The translations under genes and the position numbers were made by a program. Shown here piece by piece: positions 1-10,543 of a DNA stretch of 64,000 nt. This DNA is from an uncultured Thermoplasmatales archaeon (GTDB lineage Archaea; Thermoplasmatota; E2; UBA202; DSCA01). The stretch covers positions 3,736 through 67,735 of the forward strand of contig CAZESS010000001.1 in assembly GCA_964514975.1 (NCBI GenBank), in the 5' to 3' direction. Below the pieces are notes generated by a model. It searched no databases, was not told the origin of the DNA, and worked only from the letters and a program-made list of their open reading frames with translations. Each line of letters starts with the position of its first letter. Positions within the stretch are counted from its first letter, which is position 1.

Positions 1-370
1 GTGGTGCGCTGGGCGGCTGGTTGGATGGTTCTGGTGGCTCTGGTTGTGGTGTGGGTGTGGTGGTGAAGGTGCTAGTGGTGGTGGTGCTGGTGTGGCTGTC
101 GGTGGCGGTGATGGTCCAGGTGTAGCTGGTGTTGCTGGCGAGGCTGGTATGGGCGGTTTGGGTGTGGGTGCCCTGGTAGATGGTTGTGGCGGGCTGACCG
201 GGTGCTTGGAGTGTGATGGTGTAGCTGAGCGGGTCGTTGTCGGGGTCGCTGCAGGTCCAGTGGAATGTGGTGTTGGTGGAGATGTTGGTGGCGCCAGGCG
301 TGGGGGTGAGCGCGTGTGGTGCGCTGGGCGGCTGGTTGGATGGTTCTGGTGGCTCTGGTTGTGGTGTGGG
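1..370. repeat. 55-bp direct repeat (1-55 and 316-370), 315-bp period, intragenic domain repeat
   Basis: gtggtgcgctgggcggctggttggatggttctggtggctctggttgtggtgtggg occurs at both positions. Confidence 0.9.
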
Positions 371-562
371 GTTAAATCGTTCTTTGAGCAGGTTGAATAT
401 GTATGAGAAAAAAATGCCGAATATGCCCTGGAGGGGGAAGGGTTTGACCGGTGTTTCCTGTGCCATCGGCTGTGGGGTTGCTTCGAGCGATGAGAATAAT
501 GGTAGTGCCAGCAGTAGTATAACGGATGTGATTGCCGTCGCCGCCCCTTTTCTGGTGAACAT
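1..562 (-). CDS. Secreted/surface protein with repeated Fn3/Ig-like modules and Pro-rich linkers (partial, runs off left edge)
   Basis: Not in ORF track. ATG at 562 reads MFTRKGAATAITSVILLLALPLFSS (signal peptide), then PTPQPEPPEPSNQPPSAP, WTCSDPDNDPLSY and YTWTITATD. The linker recurs 315 bp later. Confidence 0.75.
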   Translation of the reverse strand, partial: MFTRKGAATAITSVILLLALPLFSSLEATPQPMAQETPVKPFPLQGIFGIFFSYIFNLLKERFNPTPQPEPPEPSNQPPSAPHALTPTPGATNISTNTTFHWTCSDPDNDPLSYTITLQAPGQPATTIYQGTHTQTAHTSLASNTSYTWTITATDSHTSTTTTSTFTTTPTPQPEPPEPSNQPPSAP

Positions 563-717
563 TGTCCGTCTACCCCGGTCGCCGGCAAATAGCAGTATTA
601 TGCTAACTATTTGCTAGCAATATAGTTAACCGACCATCATATATATACTTTGCTATCATTATGCTTACAAATAGGACGGCCTTCAGGGAAAAATCAGTTA
701 AACAATCATCCATCTGC

Positions 718-1425
718 ATGCATGTGTATGACCCATTGCGGCTCTCCAGGCAGATGGAAACCGATGTGACCCAGGGAGACAACAGGAAATACTACCGGTT
801 TCGTGCCACCCGTTTTTATGGGGGGATTGCGACCGCTGACGCCGTCGGCTGCAACCTTCGCTGCCGGTTCTGCTGGTCGGGCACCACGGTATGGCACACC
901 GAAAAAGGCGATTTTTATAGCCCGGAGGAGGTGGCTGGCCGCCTTGCCCGCCTCGCTGCCTCGCATGGCTACGACAGGGTGCGACTGTCGGGCGGGGAGC
1001 CAACCCTGGGCCGGAATCATCTGCTCGCCCTCCTCAGCGCTCTTGACCCCTCGCTTCTTTTCGTGCTTGAGACCAACGGAATTCTGCTGGGTGCCGATGC
1101 TTCGTGTGTGGAGGAGCTTTCGGGGTTTGCGAACCTCCATGTCAGGGTGTCGTTGAAGGGTTGCACGCCCGAGGAGTTTTCGCGGCTGACCGGTGCAGCC
1201 TCCGAGGCATACCGTTTGCAGATGCAGGCGCTCCGCTATCTGCGAGACAGCCCGCTGAGCTTCAACATAGCGGTCATATCGTGCATGGACACGCTGCCCA
1301 TGTTGCTGGACCGTCTGCGCGAGATGGGGCTGGGCTCGGTGATGCTGGAGGAGGAAACCGTGAAGCTGTATCCACCGGTACGGAAGCGACTGCGCACGAT
1401 GGGGCTGCTCGAGTATTTTGAATAG
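718..1425 (+). CDS. Radical SAM protein
   Basis: CNLRCRFC CxxxCxxC motif, SGGEP and ETNG motifs; start chosen at MHVYDP. Confidence 0.85.
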   Translation: MHVYDPLRLSRQMETDVTQGDNRKYYRFRATRFYGGIATADAVGCNLRCRFCWSGTTVWHTEKGDFYSPEEVAGRLARLAASHGYDRVRLSGGEPTLGRNHLLALLSALDPSLLFVLETNGILLGADASCVEELSGFANLHVRVSLKGCTPEEFSRLTGAASEAYRLQMQALRYLRDSPLSFNIAVISCMDTLPMLLDRLREMGLGSVMLEEETVKLYPPVRKRLRTMGLLEYFE

Positions 1426-2214
1426 CTACAGCAGCTCCATGAGCCGTCGGGCGTTGTCGTACATCTGGAAGTTGTTGAACATGCAGTAGACCCGCTCATG
1501 GGTTTCGATGAGGTCGTCAATCCGGCCGGCGAGTTCTTTAAGCTCATCGGCGGAGTAATCATAGTCGTAGTCGTATTCGTCGTCGTTGAGCCCGTGCAAT
1601 CTGACATAGGCCATCGGATGAGCCGATACGGGCTCCCGCCGCATGATGTCTACGACATGGATGAGGTCGAGGTCGTCGCAGATGTTTTTCACCCTTTCGG
1701 GGCGCTGTTTCCAGTCCCCACGGGGCTCCCACGCAAGCTTAATGCCGTCTCGTTTGATACCGCTCAGCAGCTCCCGCATGTGTGCCTCGTGTTTGTCGGT
1801 GCAGCCAAAGCTCCCCGGTGTCTGCAGGAGGCACACCGGCGCGTTGAGCGCATCCGCCCGCTTCCGGGTTTCCCGCCATGCATCGACGACTGACTCGCCG
1901 GGGTACAGATATCCAAACTGGTTTTTTTGCCGCTCAGAGAGCCCGTCTCTGCGGTTCCGCCAGGTCGGGCTGCTCGTCGGATGGGTGAGCGCCTGCCATG
2001 CCTTCACCGTGAACACGAAATCGTCGGCGACCTCGCGGCGCCAGCGACGGGCGGTCCGGACCATCGGAAGCCTGTAAAACGTCCGGTTGAGCTCCACCGC
2101 CGGAAACGCGTGGCTGAAGGCCTGGAGCTTGCTGTCATAGCGCTCCTTCCAGCCCTCGGGCGGACGATAGTAGCCGTAGCCACAGGTGCCCACGATGACG
2201 TTTCCCGTCGACAT
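1426..2214 (-). CDS. DUF72 (YecE-like) protein
   Basis: VGTCGY, VELNRTFY, FTVKA, LLQTP, WEPRG, YVRLHG and FNN motifs. Confidence 0.88.
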   Translation of the reverse strand: MSTGNVIVGTCGYGYYRPPEGWKERYDSKLQAFSHAFPAVELNRTFYRLPMVRTARRWRREVADDFVFTVKAWQALTHPTSSPTWRNRRDGLSERQKNQFGYLYPGESVVDAWRETRKRADALNAPVCLLQTPGSFGCTDKHEAHMRELLSGIKRDGIKLAWEPRGDWKQRPERVKNICDDLDLIHVVDIMRREPVSAHPMAYVRLHGLNDDEYDYDYDYSADELKELAGRIDDLIETHERVYCMFNNFQMYDNARRLMELL

Positions 2215-2287
2215 ACCTCGTTCAATACAGCCCTGGTTTATTACGCTGTTCCCCATGTTTTTAAACACCGCCGGCTATGGTGTATAC

Positions 2288-3292
2288 ATGGAACAGGTAG
2301 CCATTCCCGACACCGACATCACCGCGTCCCGCATCGGCCTCGGGACATGGGCCATCGGCGGCTGGATGTGGGGCGGTACCGACCGGCAGCAGGCGATAGC
2401 AACGATACACGCCGCGCTCGACAACGGTATCACGCTCATCGATACCGCCCCGGTCTACGGCTTCGGGACGTCGGAACGCATCGTTGGGCAGGCCATCCAG
2501 GACTACGGCGCCCGCGAGGACGTGGTCATCGCCACCAAGGCGGGCCTCGAATGGGACAACGGCGACATCCACCGCAACGCGTCGCCGGAACGCATCAAAA
2601 AAGAGGTCGAAGACTCGCTCGAGCGGCTGCAGACCGACTACATCGACATCTACCAGATACACTGGCCTGACCCGGATGTTCCTTTCCAAAAAACCGCCCG
2701 GGCGATGAACGAGCTATACAGGGAAGGCATCATTCGGGCAATCGGCGTCAGCAACTTCTCGCCCCGGCAGATGGACGCCTTCCAGCAGGCGGCACCGCTC
2801 CATACGTCCCAGCCGCCATACAACCTTTTCGAGCGAGATGCCGAAACAGCGGTGCTGCCCTACTGCCGGACACAGGACATCGTGCTGCTCACCTATGGTG
2901 CGCTGTGCCGCGGCCTGCTCACCGGCACAATGGACATGGACACCACGTTCGAGGGCGACGATCTACGCAAGACGGACCCCAAGTTCCAGTCACCCCGTTA
3001 CCCGGAATATCTCGAAGCGGTCAACCGGCTCGACCGGCTGGCCCGCGACCGCTATGACCGACATGTGTTGCATCTGGCGGTACGATGGATTCTCGACCGG
3101 CATGACGGCGTTGCGCTGTGGGGTGCCCGGAAACCCGGACAGGTGGAGCCTGTCAGCGAGGTCATGGGCTGGCATCTCAGCGAGCGGGACATGGCGGACA
3201 TCGACGGCATGCTCGACAGCGTCATCACGCAGCCCGTCGGCCCCGGTTTCATGGCGCCGCCCGCCCATGACGATGCACGAGTAGGCCGGTAA
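2288..3292 (+). CDS. Aldo/keto reductase
   Basis: GLGTWAIGG, DTAPVYGFG, IATK, IDIYQIHWPD, IGVSNF and QPPYNLF motifs. Confidence 0.93.
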   Translation: MEQVAIPDTDITASRIGLGTWAIGGWMWGGTDRQQAIATIHAALDNGITLIDTAPVYGFGTSERIVGQAIQDYGAREDVVIATKAGLEWDNGDIHRNASPERIKKEVEDSLERLQTDYIDIYQIHWPDPDVPFQKTARAMNELYREGIIRAIGVSNFSPRQMDAFQQAAPLHTSQPPYNLFERDAETAVLPYCRTQDIVLLTYGALCRGLLTGTMDMDTTFEGDDLRKTDPKFQSPRYPEYLEAVNRLDRLARDRYDRHVLHLAVRWILDRHDGVALWGARKPGQVEPVSEVMGWHLSERDMADIDGMLDSVITQPVGPGFMAPPAHDDARVGR

Positions 3293-3325
3293 CCATTTAT
3301 ATGTTTCATCCGTTCGCATCATAAG

Positions 3326-3748
3326 ATGTGGGACGTCACGGCGCTTACAGTCGACCAGGTCGTCAAGATAGCCGTAGCCCTCGGGCTGGGCACGGTCATC
3401 GGCTTCGAGCGCGAATGGGCCGACAAGCCCGCCGGCATCCGTACCCACATCCTGGTCTGCGTGGCCGCCTGCATCATCACCATCATGGCCAGCTATTTCG
3501 AGGCAGAGGAGGCCCAGGCACGGCTCATGGAGGGCATCATCGTCGGCGTCGGATTTTTGGGCGCCGGCTCGATCATTTCCTCCGGTAATTCTGGCGTGCG
3601 AGGTCTCACCACCGCTGCCAGTATATGGATAACATGTGCCATCGGCATGACCGTCGGCAGCGGCAAATACGCCCTGGCAGCGCTGGCCGCCGTCGCCGTG
3701 TTCATCGTGCTACGCATGGGAAAGGCCAAGGAGCGCATCGGGGACTAA
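3326..3748 (+). CDS. MgtC/SapB family membrane protein
   Basis: IGFERE, AGIRTHILV, GVGFLGAG and GLTTAASIW motifs. Confidence 0.92.
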   Translation: MWDVTALTVDQVVKIAVALGLGTVIGFEREWADKPAGIRTHILVCVAACIITIMASYFEAEEAQARLMEGIIVGVGFLGAGSIISSGNSGVRGLTTAASIWITCAIGMTVGSGKYALAALAAVAVFIVLRMGKAKERIGD

Positions 3749-3924
3749 ACCCTGAAATTTTTTGGTATACCTCCGGAAAACGATGCCAGGGCAAGGGGCG
3801 AGCGCGTATCGACGGCACATCTGGCAGGATAGGTTTAAAAAAAGCGTCTAGGATAAGCAATAGGAGGCATGTGATACAGAAAAAAAGAACCAACCCGATA
3901 TCGGAGCTCACCAGGACATGGGGC

Positions 3925-4020
3925 ATGGGAGACCTTTACTGGGTGTTTGTTGTGGTCCTGGCCATGCTTGCCGTATTCGTTCTGTTCTTTCTATTAGTCA
4001 TATGGATCGCGTTGTCCTGA
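3925..4020 (+). CDS. Possible 31-aa single-TM small protein
   Basis: MGDLYWVFVVVLAMLAVFVLFFLLVIWIALS is one strongly hydrophobic helix. Confidence 0.4.
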   Translation: MGDLYWVFVVVLAMLAVFVLFFLLVIWIALS

Positions 4021-4071
4021 CACTATCAACATCATATTCCCCAAACAAACTCTCGTTCCCGCAAATTACCG

Positions 4072-4103
4072 GTAAAAGAGCGCTGAGGGAGGGATTTTAA
4101 CCC
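4072..4103. repeat. Distal att site: copy of tRNA-Ser 3' end plus 9 flanking bp
   Basis: gtaaaagagcgctgagggagggattttaaccc matches 24963-24994 at 31/32. Confidence 0.93.
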
Positions 4104-4144
4104 ATCTTTACTGGCATACTTTAAATATATCTGATAGGATGAGG

Positions 4145-7100
4145 TTAAATTGGTGATTTACGTTTTCTCAGCAACATAAAGGCCACGCTGGCAGCGGCTA
4201 GTAGTAGAGTAAACTCGAATGAAGGAACACTACTATCCTTCTTGCTAAAGTATGCTGTAACATTGGTGTTGCTGCTTATTGTGATTTGTATATTCGAGTT
4301 TGTCCCGCTGGCGTCGCCGCTCCAATGGTCAAACTCATAACCGCTGTTAGCGTTGGCGGTCACCGTAACTACTGTGCCCTCGTCATAGGTGCCACCAGGT
4401 GGACTCAACGTGACGGTACCTGTTCCTGACGGAATGACAGATGTGGTCATCGCATACTGTTCAACGATGTCTGATGACGAATAAAGTTTAATGTAATCAT
4501 GGTAGGCCTTGCCCGCTGACCCAGATGAGCGAGAGCCCAACATGATGTAGCATTCTGTTAGTAGTTCAGAATCAATAGCATCATCTGACTTGTAAATAAG
4601 TTCATTATCAACGTAATAGCTAACTTTGTAGTCCTGATCTATTTTTATTTTGTAATTGTGCCATCCATCTATTAGGTCATCACGCTGAATATTGCCATCA
4701 CCCTCTGAGGGTCCTTCATCCAGAATGTTCTGCTCGGTTTCGTATGCAAAGTTAAGATAAGCATGGCCTCTATACTGTTCTGGTGTTTGCAAGCAGCCGC
4801 CCCCACAGTAGCCAATACCCATGGAGAGGAACCATGGGAAATCTGTATCTGGACAGTTAGAACTTTCTCCTAACGGGTTGTTGTCGGATGCAAGGTAGAT
4901 GCTTGCTCCAGCCCAGCATCCTGACTCGTCCTGAAGATCGAGATACATATCGGCCTCTATGGTAATTGGGGGCACCAGAGAATAACTCTGCTGTGAGATC
5001 ACCCCGCTGCCACACCAGCTATCACCATTGTTGTCGAAGATACCAGATCTACCATCAATCGAGCTGACGATAACTGGCTGAGGGCTTCCGTACTTTTTCC
5101 ATGTAGATGTATCGATGTGACCATCATCGAATTTTTCTTCAAACGAAATATTGTCAGCTGTCACATTAAAGTGAGCTGTCACCGATTTATCGCTGTTCAT
5201 GGTAACGTCAACAGAAGTGCTGGTTCCACTGATGTCGCCGCTCCAATGGTCAAACTCATAACCGCTGTTAGCGTTGGCGGTCACCGTAACTACTGTGCCC
5301 TCGTCATAGGTGCCACCAGATGGAACTAATGAAATAGTACCGCCTTCAGCTGGGTCTACGGAAGCGTCTAAAGTATAATTTGCTAATAATATTGAATATG
5401 TTTTACTCGAAGAAATATTTGTATTTCCAGATGTATCGCTTACCCCGACTTTGTAATGATAGCTCCCAGAATTTTGGTAAGAGGTATTATGATAATAGCG
5501 GTCTGTACCACGTATGTTTACCATTGATTCATTATCACTGGAACCATCAGGATAAGTGATGTTTACCCACACGTTATTTACTGCGATATTGTCGGTTATA
5601 TCGCAGGAAATATTCACATGGCCGCCAGTTTCCTGCTGTTCCGGCGAGGTAGATATATTCGATATGGTTGGCGGATTTATATCCTCTATCTCAAATGAGG
5701 TCTCTGTTTGGTTTAACAATGTATCATTCTCTTTTATGGCCGCAGTAACAGTGTAAAGTCCTGCGTCCTTCCCTATCGTATCCCAAGTGAATACAAAATC
5801 TCTAGAAGCGAGGCTATCGATATACAGAATGGGTTTCGAGAACGTCGTATTTGTGCTCGGACCCTGAATTGTTACCTGCACAGTTAAGTCAACGAATGAT
5901 ACATCAGGATTACTATTTTGAGTGGAGACAGTAAAGGTAGCTTGATTTCCTGGGAGATAGCTTTCATTATGCGTTTCTATCGCTAACGGAAAATGAGTTA
6001 TTATTATCCCTTTAGTCAGCGTTGTCGGTCCTGTTTCCTGACAGGACGCGGTAAAATCAAGTGTTCCAGAACCTGGACTCAGGGCTGTGATATTCCACGG
6101 CATTGCTACTGTTTCACCGACTGCAAGAGTGTCAATTGTTTTTTCTGTCTCGCTTGAGGCAAAGTGTGCTGAAGAGTTCAATGTAGCGGTGATGCTGGAC
6201 GCGTTGCCCTCGCCGATATTTGTGATTTGTAGAACGGCAGAAAAGTTACTGCCCAATTTTACTTCATCTGGCACAGTCAGATCTACATCCAACTGCGGTA
6301 CAGTGACATTGATAATTTCCACCGTTTCTATTGTATGCGATACGGTTGCATCTGATGCATTTATTATTATCCCAAAATCTTCGGATGTAGATGCCGTTAC
6401 AGTCCATGTCATTGTTTTTGTTTCGCCTCCACTGAGATTGCCTATTACTCTTGTTGCATCTTCGCTGGCGGATACATTATTCGGCAGAGACAAGTTAATT
6501 ATTACATCGTGGAGCCACATATCACCCGTGTTGCTTACGTTAATCTTAAATTCGAATGGTTGGCTGGGGTACACCCAAGAAGGAGCAGACGGTGCAAGAG
6601 AAAGTTGGGGTGTCCGTAAGACTTGGGTGAAGGTGCTGCAGATTGTGGATATATTTTCGGCAGATGTCAGGGCGATGCTTATGGGAGCATATCCATATTC
6701 AAAGTCTGTTGCAGTCGCTTGCCACCCCAATGAAACCTGTTCTCCGCTGGTTAGTTCTCCGACCTGTACTGTCAAATTGTCAGATGTCTCGAAATCATTT
6801 GGCAGGTCAAGTGTAGCAGTAACATCCGAGAGGGATTCTTGCAGCTCATTTGTCAAGTTGACGGTAATGTATAATCCTTCTCCTTGGGTAACAGTATTTG
6901 GAACATCGAAGGTGACGTTGAACGCGCTTTCCACGATGAAGGTTGAATGAATCTTGTGTGTGCCGTCAGAAATTGTGACCAGATATGTTCCAAGTTGAGC
7001 CTTGTTTGGTATGGTATATTGGAAGGTAGCCGTTGTCTCGCCGTCAGCGGGCACATCAACTGATTCGGTGTAATTGTATATAATATGGTTAGAGTTCCAG

Positions 7101-10100
7101 ACTCCAGGTTCTGCTATCGTCATATGGAGAGACTTGGTTTCCCTCTCCTCTCCGGCATTGGAAAGGGTGAGATTGATATTGGCAGTCTGACCTGCACGAT
7201 AGTGGAATATTTCGTCCATATCGGGTGAGGAAAGATGTGTCAGTGTGTCTCCATGACTCAATATGTCCTGTGAAAAATTGGAATATATTTCTGGAAAACT
7301 TACACCTGTGCCATTTCGTGTTGACAAATAGGAGAGATAGGACATGGTGTGGCTTGGGGCTAGTGTACAATTTTGCACGGCTTGGATCTTGGCAACGCCG
7401 TCTAGGAAGCAGATATTTTCCAAGGATATATTTCGAGTGAACGTGTAAATATCTACAGGGCTTGCAGTTCCATTTGTTATGTTGTAGAAAACAAGGTATT
7501 CGGCAGTTGTATCTAAGCTCTGGTTTTCAGTTATCGTACCATATCCAGGTACATATACAGCATCGCCTATCCCGAGAAGCGGGATAGTCAGGTTATAGTG
7601 GTGTGTTTCATTGTCAGGATTGGTGATAACCCAGTTTTCACGAGTATAGTTGGTATAGTATTTAATCTCGTGTTCTAGAGAGACAGATGTATTATGTGGT
7701 TCCACATATGATTCAGTCGATATATTGGTGTCATTATTATAATGCAGAGAGGTCAGGTTTGCCGTATCTAGCCTGATAGTAGTATTAATCACTGATATTT
7801 GTGAATTATACTCGTCACAGAGGCCGGGAACACGTTTTCCCACTTTTGTTACTGTAGCTATGGAATGATACGGTGAATAAAGGCTATCATAGTAATCTAT
7901 CTCAGCTACAACATATCTGTCCCCCATTCTTTCGTAACGCTCATTTTGTGAGCCATAATCCGGCAGTTGATAAGTGCAGCTATATGTTTTTGTATCACCT
8001 GGCTGAAGAGTTTGTCGAATTTTTATATCTTTTATATGCCGGGTTCGAAATCGGGAAAGAGTGGGTTTATCGTAAACATTCAGGTGTAAGTAATCCTCAT
8101 TTATTTTGATATCACCGATGTTTTTAATGGTTATATCGACATTTACTGTATCAGAGTAATCATAATCGGATTTATCAAAAGTGAAGCTGATAGCTTTGGC
8201 ACGGTAGTTATATTGATTTTTTCTATCAATCACATCAATTTTTATACCTGGTGATACCACACCCCATGGTGAAATACTGCTAGTTTTGTAGGATGCCCAG
8301 AAATATCCTTGGTCTGAATATGTCCAAGGCGTGTTTGTTTCATCCCATGTGGGATCACAATGATGCCAATCTCCATCATAGTAGACCTCAGTTACAGCAT
8401 GGCCGCTGTCCCCGGCAAAAAAACCACCAATTTCTCTCGCAGGTATACCTGCTGACCGTGCATGAGATATTAGCAGAGGTGCATAGTCCGCGCACACCCC
8501 TGTCGGGCGGGGATACGGAAGGTTTTTTCTATCAGGATTAAAATTACTATCCTTGAACTTGTTAACGTCATACCACCAAGCATTCTGCTCAGGCCCACCA
8601 TCATTGGATTCATAATCTCTGTTACACCAAAAACTACCATAGATGTAATCCCCAAGTAAATGAGTGTTATCCGAGACTTCCTTGGTCTCATTATCATCCA
8701 TATGCCAATAGCCATAATGGGAATCATCCACACTACCTCCAATATCAATGCCGTGGCTAAAAGTTGTAAGTCTTTCTATCGCTTGAGAGGGGGAGTAAAT
8801 AGCGGGATAAAGATCCCATCTGGAGTTACCAGTTAGAGTTTCAAGTGTATTCTTCCAATTCCGATATTCCCATTGATGCAGATTATTGAACTTTACACCA
8901 AAAAAGTTAGCCCCAGGGATTATGGCTGGTGCCGGAGCGGCATGATGTATTTCTGCCGATATCTGGTGTGCCACAAAAGGTAATTTAAAAATCGGAGGAT
9001 TAAATATTAAATAGAACTGTTTTTGTTCTGAGGATGCTAATAATTCTCCCTGTTGGTTCTTTACCTCCACGGTTGCATTGTATTTGCCCACTGGATACTG
9101 GTCCGTCGGCTTCCAGCTGCATGAATATAAAATTGAGTTTCCAGATCCGCGGGCAATAGGTGTTGCTTCGATGTCTTTTCTTTCCATTTGATTGTGGTCG
9201 GTAATATTGAGATAGACCTCGATGTTGTCCTCTACATACGAGTATGTTGCTGTTCCATCGCTAAATAGTACCTCTGCGTTGAAGACTGGCTTATTGCTGT
9301 CGCTGTTTCGATGGTAAATCGGTGTGTCTGCGCTATTCTCGTATTGTGTCAATCGATTACCCTCTATCGAGAGCGTGACGCCGTCTATGGTAAAATCGAG
9401 GACCTCTATGGTGCTGCTATCGGACCCCCATCCGACAGATGTATCTGTACGCACCATGATGTTATAGTCTCCGCCTGTATCGGGCGCAGTTATCTCTAGC
9501 CTATAGTCGGTGCAGCTGATCCGGTTAAATCCGACTATATCCGCCTCTGATCCATCAAAAGTAACAATGAAATCTTCATCTTGAAGCGGATACAGGCAAT
9601 CTCCGCTGGCATCAGTAACGTCTGCACTGATAGTAACCCGTTCTCCCGGGCTATAAACCTGCTTGTCTGTGGAAATATCTACATTCACACCCCCGCCGGT
9701 TGTGGTTCCATAATAAGAAGTAACAGTCTCAGTTTCTCCAGGATGCAGCGACATATCCTCCCAGTACATTAACACACAGCTATCACTCTCTGGAGTTGAA
9801 GTATAGCCCGGAGTGTAGAAACGTCTGCTGGAACTCCATGAGTAATCATAGGATGTATCCACCGCTTCGGGCCAGTGAGCAAACACAATACGATCGGGTG
9901 TATCATCCCAACTTGCGTACTCGACTAGAGATCCTGGGTCAGGACGTGCGTAGGCGCTCCAATAGTTGAAGGTCACTGGTGAAAATGCAGCTTCAAAATA
10001 GCGTAGGGTGCCGCCCTCTTCCTTTAATGGAGAGCCATCGTTATCTGCAATCTGGGTATCCCATAGAAACCTCACCGACACATCTCTACCAACGCTATCC

Positions 10101-10543
10101 TCGTTTTCTAGAATAACATTAAATTTCGCCTGTTCGCCGACAAGCTCAATATGTTGCTCGATATGTATATCTTCTGGCAAATCCCATTCAGTAATTATCT
10201 CGTCATCATTAGAGGGATTTATGTAGCTATCCCGAGACCTATAATAGTCTAGATTATCATTATTTTCATTATCATATACATTTCCATCAACCTTCACCGT
10301 CAGCATCGATGTGTCACCAGGATAAAAGATGCATTCGCCAGAGGCTGTCTCACCTGTAAAGCCTCCATCAGCATAGACATTTATAGACAGATGCTCATTT
10401 GATATTACTGGATCACCATCTTCAAGTGACGCCGCTCCCACATCTATCATCTGTTCATCACTGTTTATTTCTCCCAAAACCAAGGATCCAACCACCACAC
10501 TCGCTATTAAGAGAGTAATTATTAGTAGTTTCTTTCCTTTCAT
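4145..10543 (-). CDS. 2132-aa cell-surface protein: transglutaminase-like core, Ig/CARDB-like repeats, two InlB B-repeat-like domains, lectin-like domain, PGF-CTERM-like anchor
   Basis: Signal peptide; Cys-His-Asp in GVCADYA...GHAVTEVYYDGDWHHCDPT; GGTYDEGTVVTVTANANSGYEFDHWSGD occurs twice; C-terminus VPSFEFTLLLAAASVAFMLLRKRK. Confidence 0.85.
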   Translation of the reverse strand: MKGKKLLIITLLIASVVVGSLVLGEINSDEQMIDVGAASLEDGDPVISNEHLSINVYADGGFTGETASGECIFYPGDTSMLTVKVDGNVYDNENNDNLDYYRSRDSYINPSNDDEIITEWDLPEDIHIEQHIELVGEQAKFNVILENEDSVGRDVSVRFLWDTQIADNDGSPLKEEGGTLRYFEAAFSPVTFNYWSAYARPDPGSLVEYASWDDTPDRIVFAHWPEAVDTSYDYSWSSSRRFYTPGYTSTPESDSCVLMYWEDMSLHPGETETVTSYYGTTTGGGVNVDISTDKQVYSPGERVTISADVTDASGDCLYPLQDEDFIVTFDGSEADIVGFNRISCTDYRLEITAPDTGGDYNIMVRTDTSVGWGSDSSTIEVLDFTIDGVTLSIEGNRLTQYENSADTPIYHRNSDSNKPVFNAEVLFSDGTATYSYVEDNIEVYLNITDHNQMERKDIEATPIARGSGNSILYSCSWKPTDQYPVGKYNATVEVKNQQGELLASSEQKQFYLIFNPPIFKLPFVAHQISAEIHHAAPAPAIIPGANFFGVKFNNLHQWEYRNWKNTLETLTGNSRWDLYPAIYSPSQAIERLTTFSHGIDIGGSVDDSHYGYWHMDDNETKEVSDNTHLLGDYIYGSFWCNRDYESNDGGPEQNAWWYDVNKFKDSNFNPDRKNLPYPRPTGVCADYAPLLISHARSAGIPAREIGGFFAGDSGHAVTEVYYDGDWHHCDPTWDETNTPWTYSDQGYFWASYKTSSISPWGVVSPGIKIDVIDRKNQYNYRAKAISFTFDKSDYDYSDTVNVDITIKNIGDIKINEDYLHLNVYDKPTLSRFRTRHIKDIKIRQTLQPGDTKTYSCTYQLPDYGSQNERYERMGDRYVVAEIDYYDSLYSPYHSIATVTKVGKRVPGLCDEYNSQISVINTTIRLDTANLTSLHYNNDTNISTESYVEPHNTSVSLEHEIKYYTNYTRENWVITNPDNETHHYNLTIPLLGIGDAVYVPGYGTITENQSLDTTAEYLVFYNITNGTASPVDIYTFTRNISLENICFLDGVAKIQAVQNCTLAPSHTMSYLSYLSTRNGTGVSFPEIYSNFSQDILSHGDTLTHLSSPDMDEIFHYRAGQTANINLTLSNAGEERETKSLHMTIAEPGVWNSNHIIYNYTESVDVPADGETTATFQYTIPNKAQLGTYLVTISDGTHKIHSTFIVESAFNVTFDVPNTVTQGEGLYITVNLTNELQESLSDVTATLDLPNDFETSDNLTVQVGELTSGEQVSLGWQATATDFEYGYAPISIALTSAENISTICSTFTQVLRTPQLSLAPSAPSWVYPSQPFEFKINVSNTGDMWLHDVIINLSLPNNVSASEDATRVIGNLSGGETKTMTWTVTASTSEDFGIIINASDATVSHTIETVEIINVTVPQLDVDLTVPDEVKLGSNFSAVLQITNIGEGNASSITATLNSSAHFASSETEKTIDTLAVGETVAMPWNITALSPGSGTLDFTASCQETGPTTLTKGIIITHFPLAIETHNESYLPGNQATFTVSTQNSNPDVSFVDLTVQVTIQGPSTNTTFSKPILYIDSLASRDFVFTWDTIGKDAGLYTVTAAIKENDTLLNQTETSFEIEDINPPTISNISTSPEQQETGGHVNISCDITDNIAVNNVWVNITYPDGSSDNESMVNIRGTDRYYHNTSYQNSGSYHYKVGVSDTSGNTNISSSKTYSILLANYTLDASVDPAEGGTISLVPSGGTYDEGTVVTVTANANSGYEFDHWSGDISGTSTSVDVTMNSDKSVTAHFNVTADNISFEEKFDDGHIDTSTWKKYGSPQPVIVSSIDGRSGIFDNNGDSWCGSGVISQQSYSLVPPITIEADMYLDLQDESGCWAGASIYLASDNNPLGESSNCPDTDFPWFLSMGIGYCGGGCLQTPEQYRGHAYLNFAYETEQNILDEGPSEGDGNIQRDDLIDGWHNYKIKIDQDYKVSYYVDNELIYKSDDAIDSELLTECYIMLGSRSSGSAGKAYHDYIKLYSSSDIVEQYAMTTSVIPSGTGTVTLSPPGGTYDEGTVVTVTANANSGYEFDHWSGDASGTNSNIQITISSNTNVTAYFSKKDSSVPSFEFTLLLAAASVAFMLLRKRKSPI
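4313..5319. repeat. 86-bp identical direct repeat (4313-4398 and 5234-5319) encoding the two B-repeat domains
   Basis: gtcgccgctccaatggtcaaactc...gccaccag is identical at both sites. Confidence 0.88.

Noticed and set aside
1-406. GT-rich low-complexity sequence and + strand Gly/Val-rich ORFs resembling a repeat array or CRISPR
   Set aside because: It is the antisense of a Pro/Thr-rich surface protein, with no repeat-spacer periodicity.
4072-4103. Second tRNA gene
   Set aside because: Only the T-arm/acceptor 3' portion is present; this is an att site.
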